This document shows, one piece after another, positions 12,115-22,500 of a DNA stretch of 64,000 nt (position 1 is the stretch's first letter; each line of letters starts with the position of its first letter). Location of the stretch: assembly GCF_000981445.1 (NCBI RefSeq), contig NC_027216.1, forward strand, positions 1,054,001 to 1,118,000. The letters run 5' to 3'. A program made the translations under genes and the position numbers. A model generated the notes under the pieces. That model was not told the DNA's origin, ran no database searches, and saw only the letters and a list, made by a program, of their open reading frames with translations. The DNA comes from Babesia bigemina. Taxonomy: Eukaryota.

Positions 12115-15100
12115 TTACCGTTGCATGTGTGGCGACCTGTACGGGTCATCGTGGGTCTTGGGATAGGGTATTTGCTTGTTGTACATGGCCATGGGGTACA
12201 TCGGCATCCTCATCATGTTGACGTCCGGCATGGGCCTGTACCTGAACGGTGGCGGTGCGACTTGCGGCTGGTACATTTGCTCATACGCCATCATGGGTCT
12301 GCGCTTGCCAGGCATGGCCATTGGCGGTCGGCGTTTCAGCTGCTCCAGATGCATTTGCATCGCCGCCGCCTTGCTCTGCATTTGTAGCTGCATAGGTGGC
12401 ATACCGGGCATTGTGCCGGGCGGAATTTTTCCAGGCCCCATTTGACCTGGCTGCATTCCAACTGGTGTCATTTGTCCAGGTTGCATTCCAACTGGTGTCA
12501 TTTGCCCAGGTTGCATTCCGCCGGCCACCATTGTTCCCGGCGGCATTTTCATGAGAGCCATTTGTCGTGGTGTCAATGAACCTGGAGTCATGTGCCCTTG
12601 CTGCATGGTGGGAGGCATCATTTGTCCAGCGCCGTTAGGTAGTGGTGTCATTGATCCTGGCGTGGCGGATCCTGGAGTCCTTCCTCCTTGAGCCATCGAA
12701 CCGTGGTGCATAGGTATATGGGGCATTTGGGGGGTCGGCATGGGCGCCATGTTCATGGGAGGCGGCATCACTGGATGCAGCATCATTGGTTGCCCAGCGC
12801 CATGCGGCGACACTCCGTGCCCCGCCATCTGCATAGTTTGCATAGGTGGCATAAACATATGCTGTTGCGGTTGCGGCGGAGGGGGCGGAGTGTTGTGGAA
12901 TTGTGCCAGATGTTGTTGACGTGTGATTGGATCTACCTGCTCGATACTCTTGAACAATATTTTGGTGGTGCCCAGTGCCCCCTGTTGTTTCCCTTCTCCT
13001 CGACTGAGTTTCAAGCTCACATAACCAGCCAATATTTCTATTGCGCGCGTATCCGGCGCCGGCTTCAATTTTTTCGATGAGGAATTAGCAAGTTCCGTGG
13101 TATACTTTTTCAGAAGCTGCTCACCGTGTCTGTCTGGGGGATGATCAAGTGTCCGTTGCCAGTTGTATGTTCTGAACCTTCCGAATATAGATACAACATC
13201 GTGCTCAAATAGCCTTGCGTAAAGCATATTTGGTTGGGGCATCATGATCTTTGTTGAGTTTGCGATGGTGACAGCAACCCTGCGTACACGGTTGTTCTTG
13301 CAGAACCGTCCCGAATAGAATAAAGAATGCGCAAACATTTTGGCAGGAATTCCCAAAAATCCCACCCTCAGCTGTTTGCTCATTCGGTTGCTATATTCAC
13401 CATAGGGAACGTTCGGCATGTGCAACACGGGTTCAATTTCTCTGCCGCTTTTGTGGCACGGGGGCATTTTTTTTTTCCCTGAAGTAATGGCTACCTCTAT
13501 ACGCGCGTTTTTCGGCAAAGCTATAATTTCTCCCCTGGCTCCATCTTTGGGTACCTCTTCTAACAGAGTTAGTTGTTGCGACGTGTGCCCGACAGGTCCG
13601 GGGTGGGTAGGTTGGCTGCTTCGCTGCAAGAAAGCGACGGGTAGATCTCCAACGTCCTTCACCGCAGAGCTGGAGAATGGCAAGCGTATTTGGACCTCAT
13701 TTGCAGGTTCATGCTCAATAACTTCTATGCTATGTCTACGTTGTCGTTTCTTTTTTTTGCCGTGCACGCTGGATGCAGAGACGGCTTTCATTTTTGTGGT
13801 TTCACTTTCCCCATCGACATCCATCGCCGAATCATCGATGTTGCTCCTACGTATTGCAAATCTTTTAGCCGAGCGGTAGTTCTGCAGCAACTCCATATAA
13901 TGTGCTTTAAGGCTACGCCGCCGTTTCCTCTTCCTCGACACCGGCTTAATGTGAGACGCCCGTCTCCCGTAGTTGTAAGCACCGCGCAGACCTTGCCTTT
14001 TAGTAGCCGAATTTCGTTCGTCAGATCCATTCCGATTGTGGCAGTCAACCAGAGGCTCAAACTTGAGCCTCCGCGGTGGCGCGTCCAGGAAGGTGGTGAT
14101 TGCATTTCGCTGCCTAGGCCCAAGCAACCTTCTGCTGGAGTTGACGAGCCCCCTCGGCTGCCTGCTCAGCTTTAGGAAAACTTCCCTGCAGTACTCCGTG
14201 CTGTACTCGTGCCGGTGCAACCCACTAGCGCTTGACCTGTACGTCAGGCAAATGGCGAGCATGGGCCAAGATGGTGCGTCTGATAACATCCATGAGTCCA
14301 GGAGCTCGAAGTCTATCGCCGTAAGTTGCGTTTTAACCATGTGCCCGTTAAAGGTGGGTTTAGGCTTGATCTGTATGTCGAAGTCACGGGCCGACATTGC
14401 AAGGCAGCTGGGTTCATTTGCTTTCCTATGGAATTTCCTAATGACTTGTGGCAGTTGGGGCGGCTTTAATTCACTCTTGGCACGTGGTAACGCACGCGGT
14501 CTGTTGGAATGCTTGAGACAGAAGCTCTGAACCAGGAGAGCGTTGAAGTCGTTGTCACGCGCCGGATCCATGAGCGGCATCGTAAACATATCCATCTCGT
14601 CGTCCGGAGGCCTAAAAAGAGGCCTATAAAAGTCGGCTCCCATGGACTGCATGCTGAGTATTGTGGCCTCAAGCACCTCGTTTTTCTGCGCGCGGACCTT
14701 TAGGGCTGCGGCATTCGGCCCCTGTAGCTTCACCACTGGCACAGTGATGGCTATTAGATCACGTTCTCCCACGTCATAGTCCCTCGTAACATCTCCGGCA
14801 TCCGTGTGCATCTGGTCATTATACTTGTTGGCGATGTTGGCGCAGTACTCTGCGAGCTCGTCTGACACAGCTGCATGATGCTGCGCGTTTGCAATTATGC
14901 CAGCCCAGAACCGCTTCATATGGAGTGTGCACTCGCTTGCGATCCAGTTTTTGTTGAGTTTCTTACGGTCCATGACCGAATCCCTGATGCCTATGCATAG
15001 CTGCTTCCCGGCGTGCACTTTCCATCTGCGTTCATGATAGTAGTCGCAAGCCATCCAGTTCATCTCCTGGAGGATGAGCTCCCGGTAGCTCCTGCTGCGT

Positions 15101-15261
15101 TGCGCCGGTTCGGGGAGTGTGACGATGCGGCCTCCCCTCAGCATCTCCATGGCCTTGTCGGCCAGGTCGGCAGCCCTCTTCGTCGCATCTTCCGCCCCTG
15201 ACGCCGTTTCGACGTGTGCGAAACGCACTTTATCCACCATTTGGAGGCCTGGAGGTGACAT
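12115..15261 (-). CDS. HSA-domain protein, EAF1-like (NuA4 scaffold)
   Basis: HSA motif ILQEMNWMACDYYHERRWK, a Myb/SANT-like segment (SWPMLA...STEYCREVF) and a M/P/Q/G-rich C-terminus. No ATPase domain, so not SWR1/p400. Confidence 0.65.
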   Translation of the reverse strand: MSPPGLQMVDKVRFAHVETASGAEDATKRAADLADKAMEMLRGGRIVTLPEPAQRSRSYRELILQEMNWMACDYYHERRWKVHAGKQLCIGIRDSVMDRKKLNKNWIASECTLHMKRFWAGIIANAQHHAAVSDELAEYCANIANKYNDQMHTDAGDVTRDYDVGERDLIAITVPVVKLQGPNAAALKVRAQKNEVLEATILSMQSMGADFYRPLFRPPDDEMDMFTMPLMDPARDNDFNALLVQSFCLKHSNRPRALPRAKSELKPPQLPQVIRKFHRKANEPSCLAMSARDFDIQIKPKPTFNGHMVKTQLTAIDFELLDSWMLSDAPSWPMLAICLTYRSSASGLHRHEYSTEYCREVFLKLSRQPRGLVNSSRRLLGPRQRNAITTFLDAPPRRLKFEPLVDCHNRNGSDERNSATKRQGLRGAYNYGRRASHIKPVSRKRKRRRSLKAHYMELLQNYRSAKRFAIRRSNIDDSAMDVDGESETTKMKAVSASSVHGKKKKRQRRHSIEVIEHEPANEVQIRLPFSSSAVKDVGDLPVAFLQRSSQPTHPGPVGHTSQQLTLLEEVPKDGARGEIIALPKNARIEVAITSGKKKMPPCHKSGREIEPVLHMPNVPYGEYSNRMSKQLRVGFLGIPAKMFAHSLFYSGRFCKNNRVRRVAVTIANSTKIMMPQPNMLYARLFEHDVVSIFGRFRTYNWQRTLDHPPDRHGEQLLKKYTTELANSSSKKLKPAPDTRAIEILAGYVSLKLSRGEGKQQGALGTTKILFKSIEQVDPITRQQHLAQFHNTPPPPPQPQQHMFMPPMQTMQMAGHGVSPHGAGQPMMLHPVMPPPMNMAPMPTPQMPHIPMHHGSMAQGGRTPGSATPGSMTPLPNGAGQMMPPTMQQGHMTPGSLTPRQMALMKMPPGTMVAGGMQPGQMTPVGMQPGQMTPVGMQPGQMGPGKIPPGTMPGMPPMQLQMQSKAAAMQMHLEQLKRRPPMAMPGKRRPMMAYEQMYQPQVAPPPFRYRPMPDVNMMRMPMYPMAMYNKQIPYPKTHDDPYRSPHMQR
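12439..12520 (-). repeat. ~3 x 30 bp coding repeat (GMQPGQMTPV)
   Basis: tttg.cc.gg.tgcattccaactggtgtca is repeated in the low-complexity tail. Confidence 0.85.
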
Positions 15262-15440
15262 CGTCGCCTCGATGGCTCCTGTAGGCGGTGTTCGTACTTA
15301 CGCAAAGGCTCTTCTCGGGGCGCGCATATATGGCCAGTGTGTGTGCAGGTTTTAATTTCAAAAACAAGTTGGCAACATCCGTGGTGAGGGTACTTTTGTG
15401 ATTTATAATGCCGCTACGATTAAGCTCGACGCGTCCTTGA

Positions 15441-16474
15441 CCTCAGGAAGGTTGCGGGTTCGGGTGTTGCCTTATGAGCGTTTGGCCATTGTAAGTACAT
15501 TTCTTGCCTCAATACATAGCGGTGTACCGTTGTTTTATTCATTGACCAAAACCTGTGCTGTTCCGGCCTCCGGGGACGTAGTTGTGCGGGTTCCTTACTT
15601 TTGTCGATATTCTTTAGAGCGCCTCTGGACAGCTGTGGAGTTGCACACAACCTACTGAGCCGCTTAACTGCTTGTCAAAGTGCGTGTCTACATTTGGGGT
15701 CTAGCGAGCCAAAGTTTAGGTGCGTTGCCCAGACGCATGTCCTCGCACCATGTGCTGGAGTCGATCGCAGGCAGTAAGCATCAAAGGTCCCCGTTTACTC
15801 GAAGCAAGAGTGACTTATGAATCTCAAACACGAAACATTGCGTGACTGCGCGTGATGATGGCTGCCCAACGACTGATTTGGTTGAGGATGCGGCGCAATC
15901 GCCTCTGCCCAACCCAGTCAATTTGGTGGCAGCCTGAAAAACATGCAACGTTGCCCATACGCGCAACGTGTTGTATAAGCGTCACAGCCACAATGAGTTG
16001 CTTTTACCACGCGTTGCCCAGGTGCAACGCCCACATGACGTAACTGGAACAAGAGATGACCGGGTGCTTGACGCACGCACCACTCCTCGTGCGGGCTTAA
16101 ATTAGACATGCGACAACCATACGCACGCTTACCACATCGTAGAATGCCTACGTAATCTTCGTTATTTAGAGTGAATGCTGTGCACGGCATTGCTCTGTGA
16201 CCTCGTCGCGCATCCTTAATGAGCTGCGTCTGACCGTGACTATCCTGAGCACATTTGATGCATCAACATACGGTTACTCAATAACAAATGAGGCACGCCA
16301 CTTTAAATCGGGATTGGCAGGTGGATTTCGAAGCCTTCGCTGGGAGGCAGCAGCATGAAATTGTTAACGTTGTCACATAATGTGCCAGGTTGGTTGCTAG
16401 ACACCTCGTCGATTGCATACAATCGATCAGTTATGCACTTCTAAGCAACCCAACCGTGCCAAAATACCTGGTAC
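15441..16474 (+). ncRNA. Candidate long structured non-coding RNA of unknown class
   Basis: Nested long-range complementarity (15441-15453/16332-16347, 15463-15475/16288-16299, 15672-15708/16086-16116), many local hairpins, and no credible ORF. Confidence 0.5.
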
Positions 16475-16582
16475 GCCAGTTCGCCACTGCGAATTGCACG
16501 GCGATCGACCACCATCGACCAGTTCTCTCAACTAGCATGAAATCACGGGATAGTCAAAACAAATTTGCATTAAATTATGCAT

Positions 16583-19500
16583 CTAATTGACGAGTTCGCT
16601 CAAGCTGCTATGCTTGTGCGGCCCATGCTTCGTGTTCAGGCAGCTCTGTATGATTCTGCGAATGTGCTTTTCCACCTCGGGGGCCGCCTGTATGCGATTC
16701 CAGAAGTCGTATTTCGGGTCCTTGACCAGCTGGAAGAGCAGATGTAACACTCCCCAAGGGTGCGGTCGGCTGATGAGCAGTCGCTCAAGGATCGCGAGGG
16801 TGATCTGCTCCTGCATCGGCTGGTCGCCGTTTTTGAATAACCTGAGCATGAATGCGACAAAGGCGAACGTAGATACGTTCGGGTAGCGCAGATGGTTTGT
16901 CATGCAACTGAGCAGCATATGCCTTGCCTGCGGAATGCAGTTCATCATCAACTTTTCGAGCAGGAGAAGGCTGTTCTGGGATCGATGACTCGTCGTGGGT
17001 ATCTTCTTTAGCATCATCGGCAGCGTGCTGATGAGATACAGCACGTAGTGATTCGCCAGCATGACGTCAAACGTGTTGGGGTCCGTTAATTTGAGCTCCT
17101 TCATCACCATCGGCAACAACGCCTCGCTAGGTTCATGGACGAACATGTCCGTTGCAACTTTTAGGCCACCCGCTTTCACAACAGTGATGATGTGGTTCGT
17201 GAAGTTGAGCGACGGTATGTCCATATGGTCGTCCATACTGATGGGGTTGGGTAGTTTCAGACTCCGGGGCACGGCGGACGTGAGGAGGTTTCGCAGCTGC
17301 ATCGCCCGTGGAGGCACCACGTCGCACAAGCTCAGATAATACCCGCATAGGAATTCGGGCACCTTCTGCATGAGCGTGACCAGTATGAAGCTGATACACG
17401 GCGTCTTGGAGTGCGGCGATGTTAGCGCCTCTACAAGCAGGTGGTGATACAGGGGCCATTCGTTCGGGTTCTGTATGATCTGCTGCACGAACTGTTTACG
17501 GGTGATGATGTTGATCCAGTACGAGCCAAATTCAGGTACTTCTGACGGCCCGCAGAGGGTGAGGAAGTGCCCGATTGATATAAGCGGTACCAGATCGTTC
17601 TCCAGCTCATTGATCAACCCAATCAACATCCTTTCGAAACATATTAGGGCCACCCCGTGTTGCATCATCCCCAGCATAAGGTGCAGCGCTTTGTGCAGCA
17701 TGAAACTCTCATTACGCGATAGTCCAGCCACCATGGTGGACCACCCGTCACAGAAGGTCCATACGGGCGAGTCGTGGCAGTTTTGCGGGAGCCGGTCGCT
17801 CTTCATTTCTGTGCCTTGGGGTTCGAACGTCATTTGCAGAGCGCACAGGAGAGTGCAGGTAAGGAAGGCGTCGGGAGGGTGCTCGTTGAAATTCTGAAAG
17901 AATGGCGCTGGGTCGCTTTCCATGATCAAGTATTCCTTGAACACCTGAAGGTACCTTTCCTTCCCCGGGATTTCACACAGTTTAATGACCATCTTGTTTC
18001 TGATGATCGACTTATCGAGAACCAGCTGCCGTAGTGAGCGCAAACGCAATTCCTGATTACCAGATCGAAGCCCTGCAGACATACTCGTCCCGGTGTGAAT
18101 GCCAGGCTGCAATGTTAATCCGGAAACCCCGGTAACAGACATCATGCCTGGTCCCATCATTCGTTCCTTCCCGGTTGCGTAATGCGCCATAAAGCCCCTA
18201 TTATCCAACTCCGGGCTAAAGGTTGTGAGCGCAGAATGCGACACCAATCTGCGATGCAATTCACCGTATTCCATCGTAACGGGGCCTGCTGACAAGTGGA
18301 TAGTTACCACACCTGTGGGATCGAGAGATGCCAGTTTGTTCATGCTCATCGGAAGGTCACCAGCTGCTAGCCACTGACCGTCCAGTATGAGCTTATGCAG
18401 CGTTCGGCATAGGGTTTCAGTATCCATGCCAGTGCTGATGAACCTATCAACAGTTGGAATCTTGAGTATCCTGTGCCTGACAAACTGGCACAACCTGGAA
18501 GGCCCCAGTGTTGGAATTAGGTTGGTGACTATTTCTATCAGCAGTGGGCACCCAACACTAAGCATCTCTAGCAGCGAGTACTCGACCTCCTGCATAATAG
18601 AGACAACATCGAGCCCCTTCGTGTTTTCCTTGGACGTTTTCAACACCTTTTTGATGAGCGCTTCCACACATTCGGCCTGGTTTGCCGCGTGCTGGAACAT
18701 GTAATCCATCGACCAGAGCAACGTGAACACCGTGTGGTTTCGCGGGAGACACGACAGCAGCAACAACGTTGAAGAGTCCGTTGTGTACATGTATTTGCTA
18801 TTAAGCAGCGGTATTGTAGGAGGGTGCATCAAGATATGCTTCGCAGCTTCCTTAATCCGGTGTTCGAATTCATCGACTTTACACGATATAAGCGACGTCG
18901 GCAGGTTATCTATAGGCGGTATAATCATAAAATCCGGTAGTCTGTACCCAGGAATCAACCCCCTAGGGGTCAACCCGTACAAGGAACTCGTAAGATCTGT
19001 GCTCGGGGGGCTGCAAGGGCCAAGGTTGAGATTCGGAACTTGGCTGCTCATTGGGCCCCCATATGGCCCCTGCTGCGGCGACCCATGCTGCTTTTCTTTT
19101 TGCAAGCGTGTCATCGTGAAGGGCACCAAACTCCCAAATCTCTTGTAAGCCTCCAAACCGCTACTAGCCGGTGGACCGATCATTTGATCATGAGGCATAT
19201 GCATGCTCTCCTTCCCGATAGCAGCAATCCACTCGCCGATAGAAGCCGAAATGAAGCCCGTTATGAGCTCAAGCGTGGCCTGTTCAACCAGTGCACAAAC
19301 GAGCCCTAGGTTATCCTTGGCAAGGCACCCACTCACTTGTTCGAGACTGTTTGTGAGCGTGTTGTCCCCAGTTGGGGGTTCCATGGATAGGACCGATAGT
19401 ATCTGCATATGCAGCCTGAGGCTCATCAGGTTGGACAGCTGTTCTCTGCCGTTTGCCATAATCAAGCTCGTGGTCAGTCCTGTGGCCATTGCCGTCGTGC

Positions 19501-22500
19501 TCATTTTCAATATTTCTGGGTTGATTTCCATGAGTTCACGCTTCCTGGTGGCAAAATCGGTAATGAATATGCTCCTCGTAGTGGATATGCACGTCATCAT
19601 CGTTCGTTTAATGAGTTCAGATGATTCCAAATAGCAGGACTCGATGGAGCTTAGTATCATTTCCACCCATGGCCATTTCGCGTTCAAACATGACACCTTG
19701 GGGTTGAGCACTATTTTCCTCTGGAGCAGCGTTCTGACCTCTTGTGTGACAGGCGGCACCTGAAAATCTAGCTGCGATTTCAGCATGCTCAACCCCACTG
19801 CGTTCGAAGCGATTGTAGACCATATGCTGCTTCCTAGCTTCGGGCTGCGATCCAAATCGGAGATGGGCACTTCCTTAACTACACTGTGCACGGACCTCGG
19901 TCCGGGCACGAAGTCGAGGTTCTTGAAGAGCAGCGATAAGTCGAACTGGAGTGTGGATTTTAGTCCACTAGACATGTTAATATCTGCCAGCAAATTGAGC
20001 AGTGAGCTCGTCCACGGGTTTGGAAGTTTAAATATCTTCGACGACTTAATGTTCAGCAGGAGCTTGCATACCGCCGGCAGTACCACAGCCAGCAGACCGT
20101 TCTGGTAGGCGTAAATGATGAGGCACTTGAGGTCCAGATGTTTGGTAAGTAGCGGTTTGTTACGTCCCAGAGTAATCGCCCCCAACCACCCGCAGCTGAC
20201 GCTCAACAGTTTGCGATATACGGTGTTTGCTCTGAACGACCGAAGGTACTTGAGAAATATGTTGACGCAGTGCGCCGTGAATCGCACCATCGCGTCCACC
20301 ATACGCGTTCCGCCCAACGTGGCCATAAATACGATGCAATCGCGGAAGTGGGTATAGCCCCGCATGAGCACGTACCTGTATATGACGAATAGCAGCCAGT
20401 CGACGTATCCCTTGGTGACGAGCTGCTCTACGTGCGTAATGAAGTTTTTGTTGCTCAAGGATATTTCCATGATGGACATGATTTCAAGCGCATTTGTGGG
20501 CGCTTGGAAGTCGATGTTGAGTAACGCCAACAGGTCATCCAGTGATATGTTGTTGGTGTTCAACGAAATTTGATCTTGGTACCACGTGGTGTCCATGACA
20601 ACCGGTTTGTACTGCACATTTGCCGCGAGGTTGACGATGGAGAAGACCATGCTCGCGCTGCTTGGCGCAATGTTGCCGCTGTCGGAATCCATTTCCAGTT
20701 CGTGCCCTGAGACCGAGGATTGCTTGACAATCATCAGACCCGTATTTCCGCGCCCCTTTGTATCTACGATGTTCTTTAAGCAACGCGTTTCCTCGAGAAC
20801 CATGGAACCAATTCTGTCCGGGTTGATCTCGAAGATCTCTGACTCTACATCGTTGAGCGCATTCCTCACTTGTGAAACAAATTGCGGATACAGCTTGCAA
20901 AACTTCTCTTCGCTAATTATAAGCCTGGCGAATGCTGGGTAGCAGAGGACGTTTCCCATTGAGCAGAAGGCCTCGACGGCAAACTCCAGTAAGAACCCCT
21001 TGTTGCGTCTGAAAGCTTCCATTATAATGCGAAACATAATGTACACGGAGTCGCATTGCGTTGGGCCAAGATGCGTTTTGAAGAGTTCGCCGGTGAATTT
21101 CGCCAGCATGGCGAGCCGGGGCGCTAGTCCCAAGCCCTCCTCGTCGGACGCCGGCGCAGCATGAAGGCAGAAATCGGCAGGAACCGAGAGGTTGAGCACC
21201 GCCACAAGCCTGTTGATATATTTCCTCAGCAGCACATCAAGTATGGTTTGCGATCGGAGCGACTCGGAGTCGGCATTGAGTAAAGACACTGCATTAAGGA
21301 CGTTTTGATGCCGCTTGCATGCCATAATTATGTCAACAACATGCGAAGTAGTAACATCCATATCCTCGTTGAGCATCAGGTACTTGTATACGTCCCCCTC
21401 TAGACTTTTAGCGTCTCCCGTCGTCTCCTTGCCGTCGACCGATTGTGCGACTGGCGAGTGTGCCGGCGCTGCATTGACCGTGTCCTCTGTATCACAGACT
21501 TCGGAATTCGCCCGAACTTCCAGCGCTTTATAGAGCGGCATCAACAGCACATTGTAATGGCTCAGCGCATTGTACTCCATGTCGTATGTCTGGAACAGGT
21601 CCAGGAGTTCGTCGCAAGTTCCTATCGTGTGGTTCAGTATGCAGAACAGTTCGGCAACAACGTTGCAGCTCGGTATAAATATTTTTTGCGCAACGTCACC
21701 ATGAGGCGAGAATTCTCGCATCTGCTGTATCTTCCAGCGCAGGTAATCAATAAACCCTCCCGCCAGGATATCCTTTGCCACATCTTTTCGGCTGGTGTAT
21801 TCGTTTGTAGACCCCAACTCTGAGCTCATTATAGCATCCACACTATAAATTAGCATCGTCATGAACCCCCAATCGAAGGTTTGCCGGCAAAAGCAGACGA
21901 TTTCCAGAACACCCTTGCTGAAGTTGACTTGTGTGCGTTTGAACACATCGAGCAGTATCGCATGGAAGAGGTTCATCATGAACGCCAGCACATGCACGTT
22001 ATACTTCACATACCGCATCACTTCCATGATGGCCAGTATGACGTACTCGCCCCGAAGTGATTGAGCCAATTCGCGTATGAACTCGAAGAGTTTAGCAGAC
22101 TTCTTCCCGTGTATGGATTCTCCTCCAAGTTGCCGTATTTCCTTTATGAGTTCCTCACTGGAAATGAACTGCTGCAGACACAGTTCATAGCAATACCAGA
22201 AAAGAGGGTTGAGCGTGGCAAGTCTGACCTCTACGACATCTTCTCGATCGCCCAGGTCGTGATCTCTTATCCACAAAGTGGTGAGCGCGTACATTATGGC
22301 CTTCGGGAAGATGTGACCATTTTCAGACTGACTCGCGTCCTTCAACAGCTGTTGAATCAGCCCCTTAAACTGTGCAATGTGCAGCTTGTTGTACAGCAGC
22401 GCGAGCAACCGGCACAACACGTCGGTGTCGATAATCCAGGCCACGGAATCGACCAGCGCCTTACTATCACTCCTGTCACTCGGAAAAACCTTTTCGAAGT

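Noticed and set aside
15279..15301. 23-nt intron upstream of the EAF1-like start
   Set aside because: GTAAGT...CAG is present, but it is shorter than other introns here and gives no in-frame upstream ATG.
15855..15937. SECIS element
   Set aside because: The AUGA/GA core is present, but the apical part is far too long and it is not in a + strand 3' UTR.
15783..16100. RNase MRP/P identity (AAAGGTCCCCG ... GCGGGCTTA resemble the P4 strands)
   Set aside because: Only 6 of 8 P4 pairs, no GARAR loop, and poor CR-I/CR-V consensus and topology. Not supportable without cmscan.
15441..16347. Telomerase RNA identity for the structured region
   Set aside because: No template covering more than one CCCTAAA/CCCTGAA repeat on either strand. 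Only partial matches: CCTAAAC and ACCCGAACCC on minus, ACCAAAACC on plus.
16317..16353. SRP RNA helix 8 (CAGG...AGCAG)
   Set aside because: Spacing is too long and there is no GNRA tetraloop.
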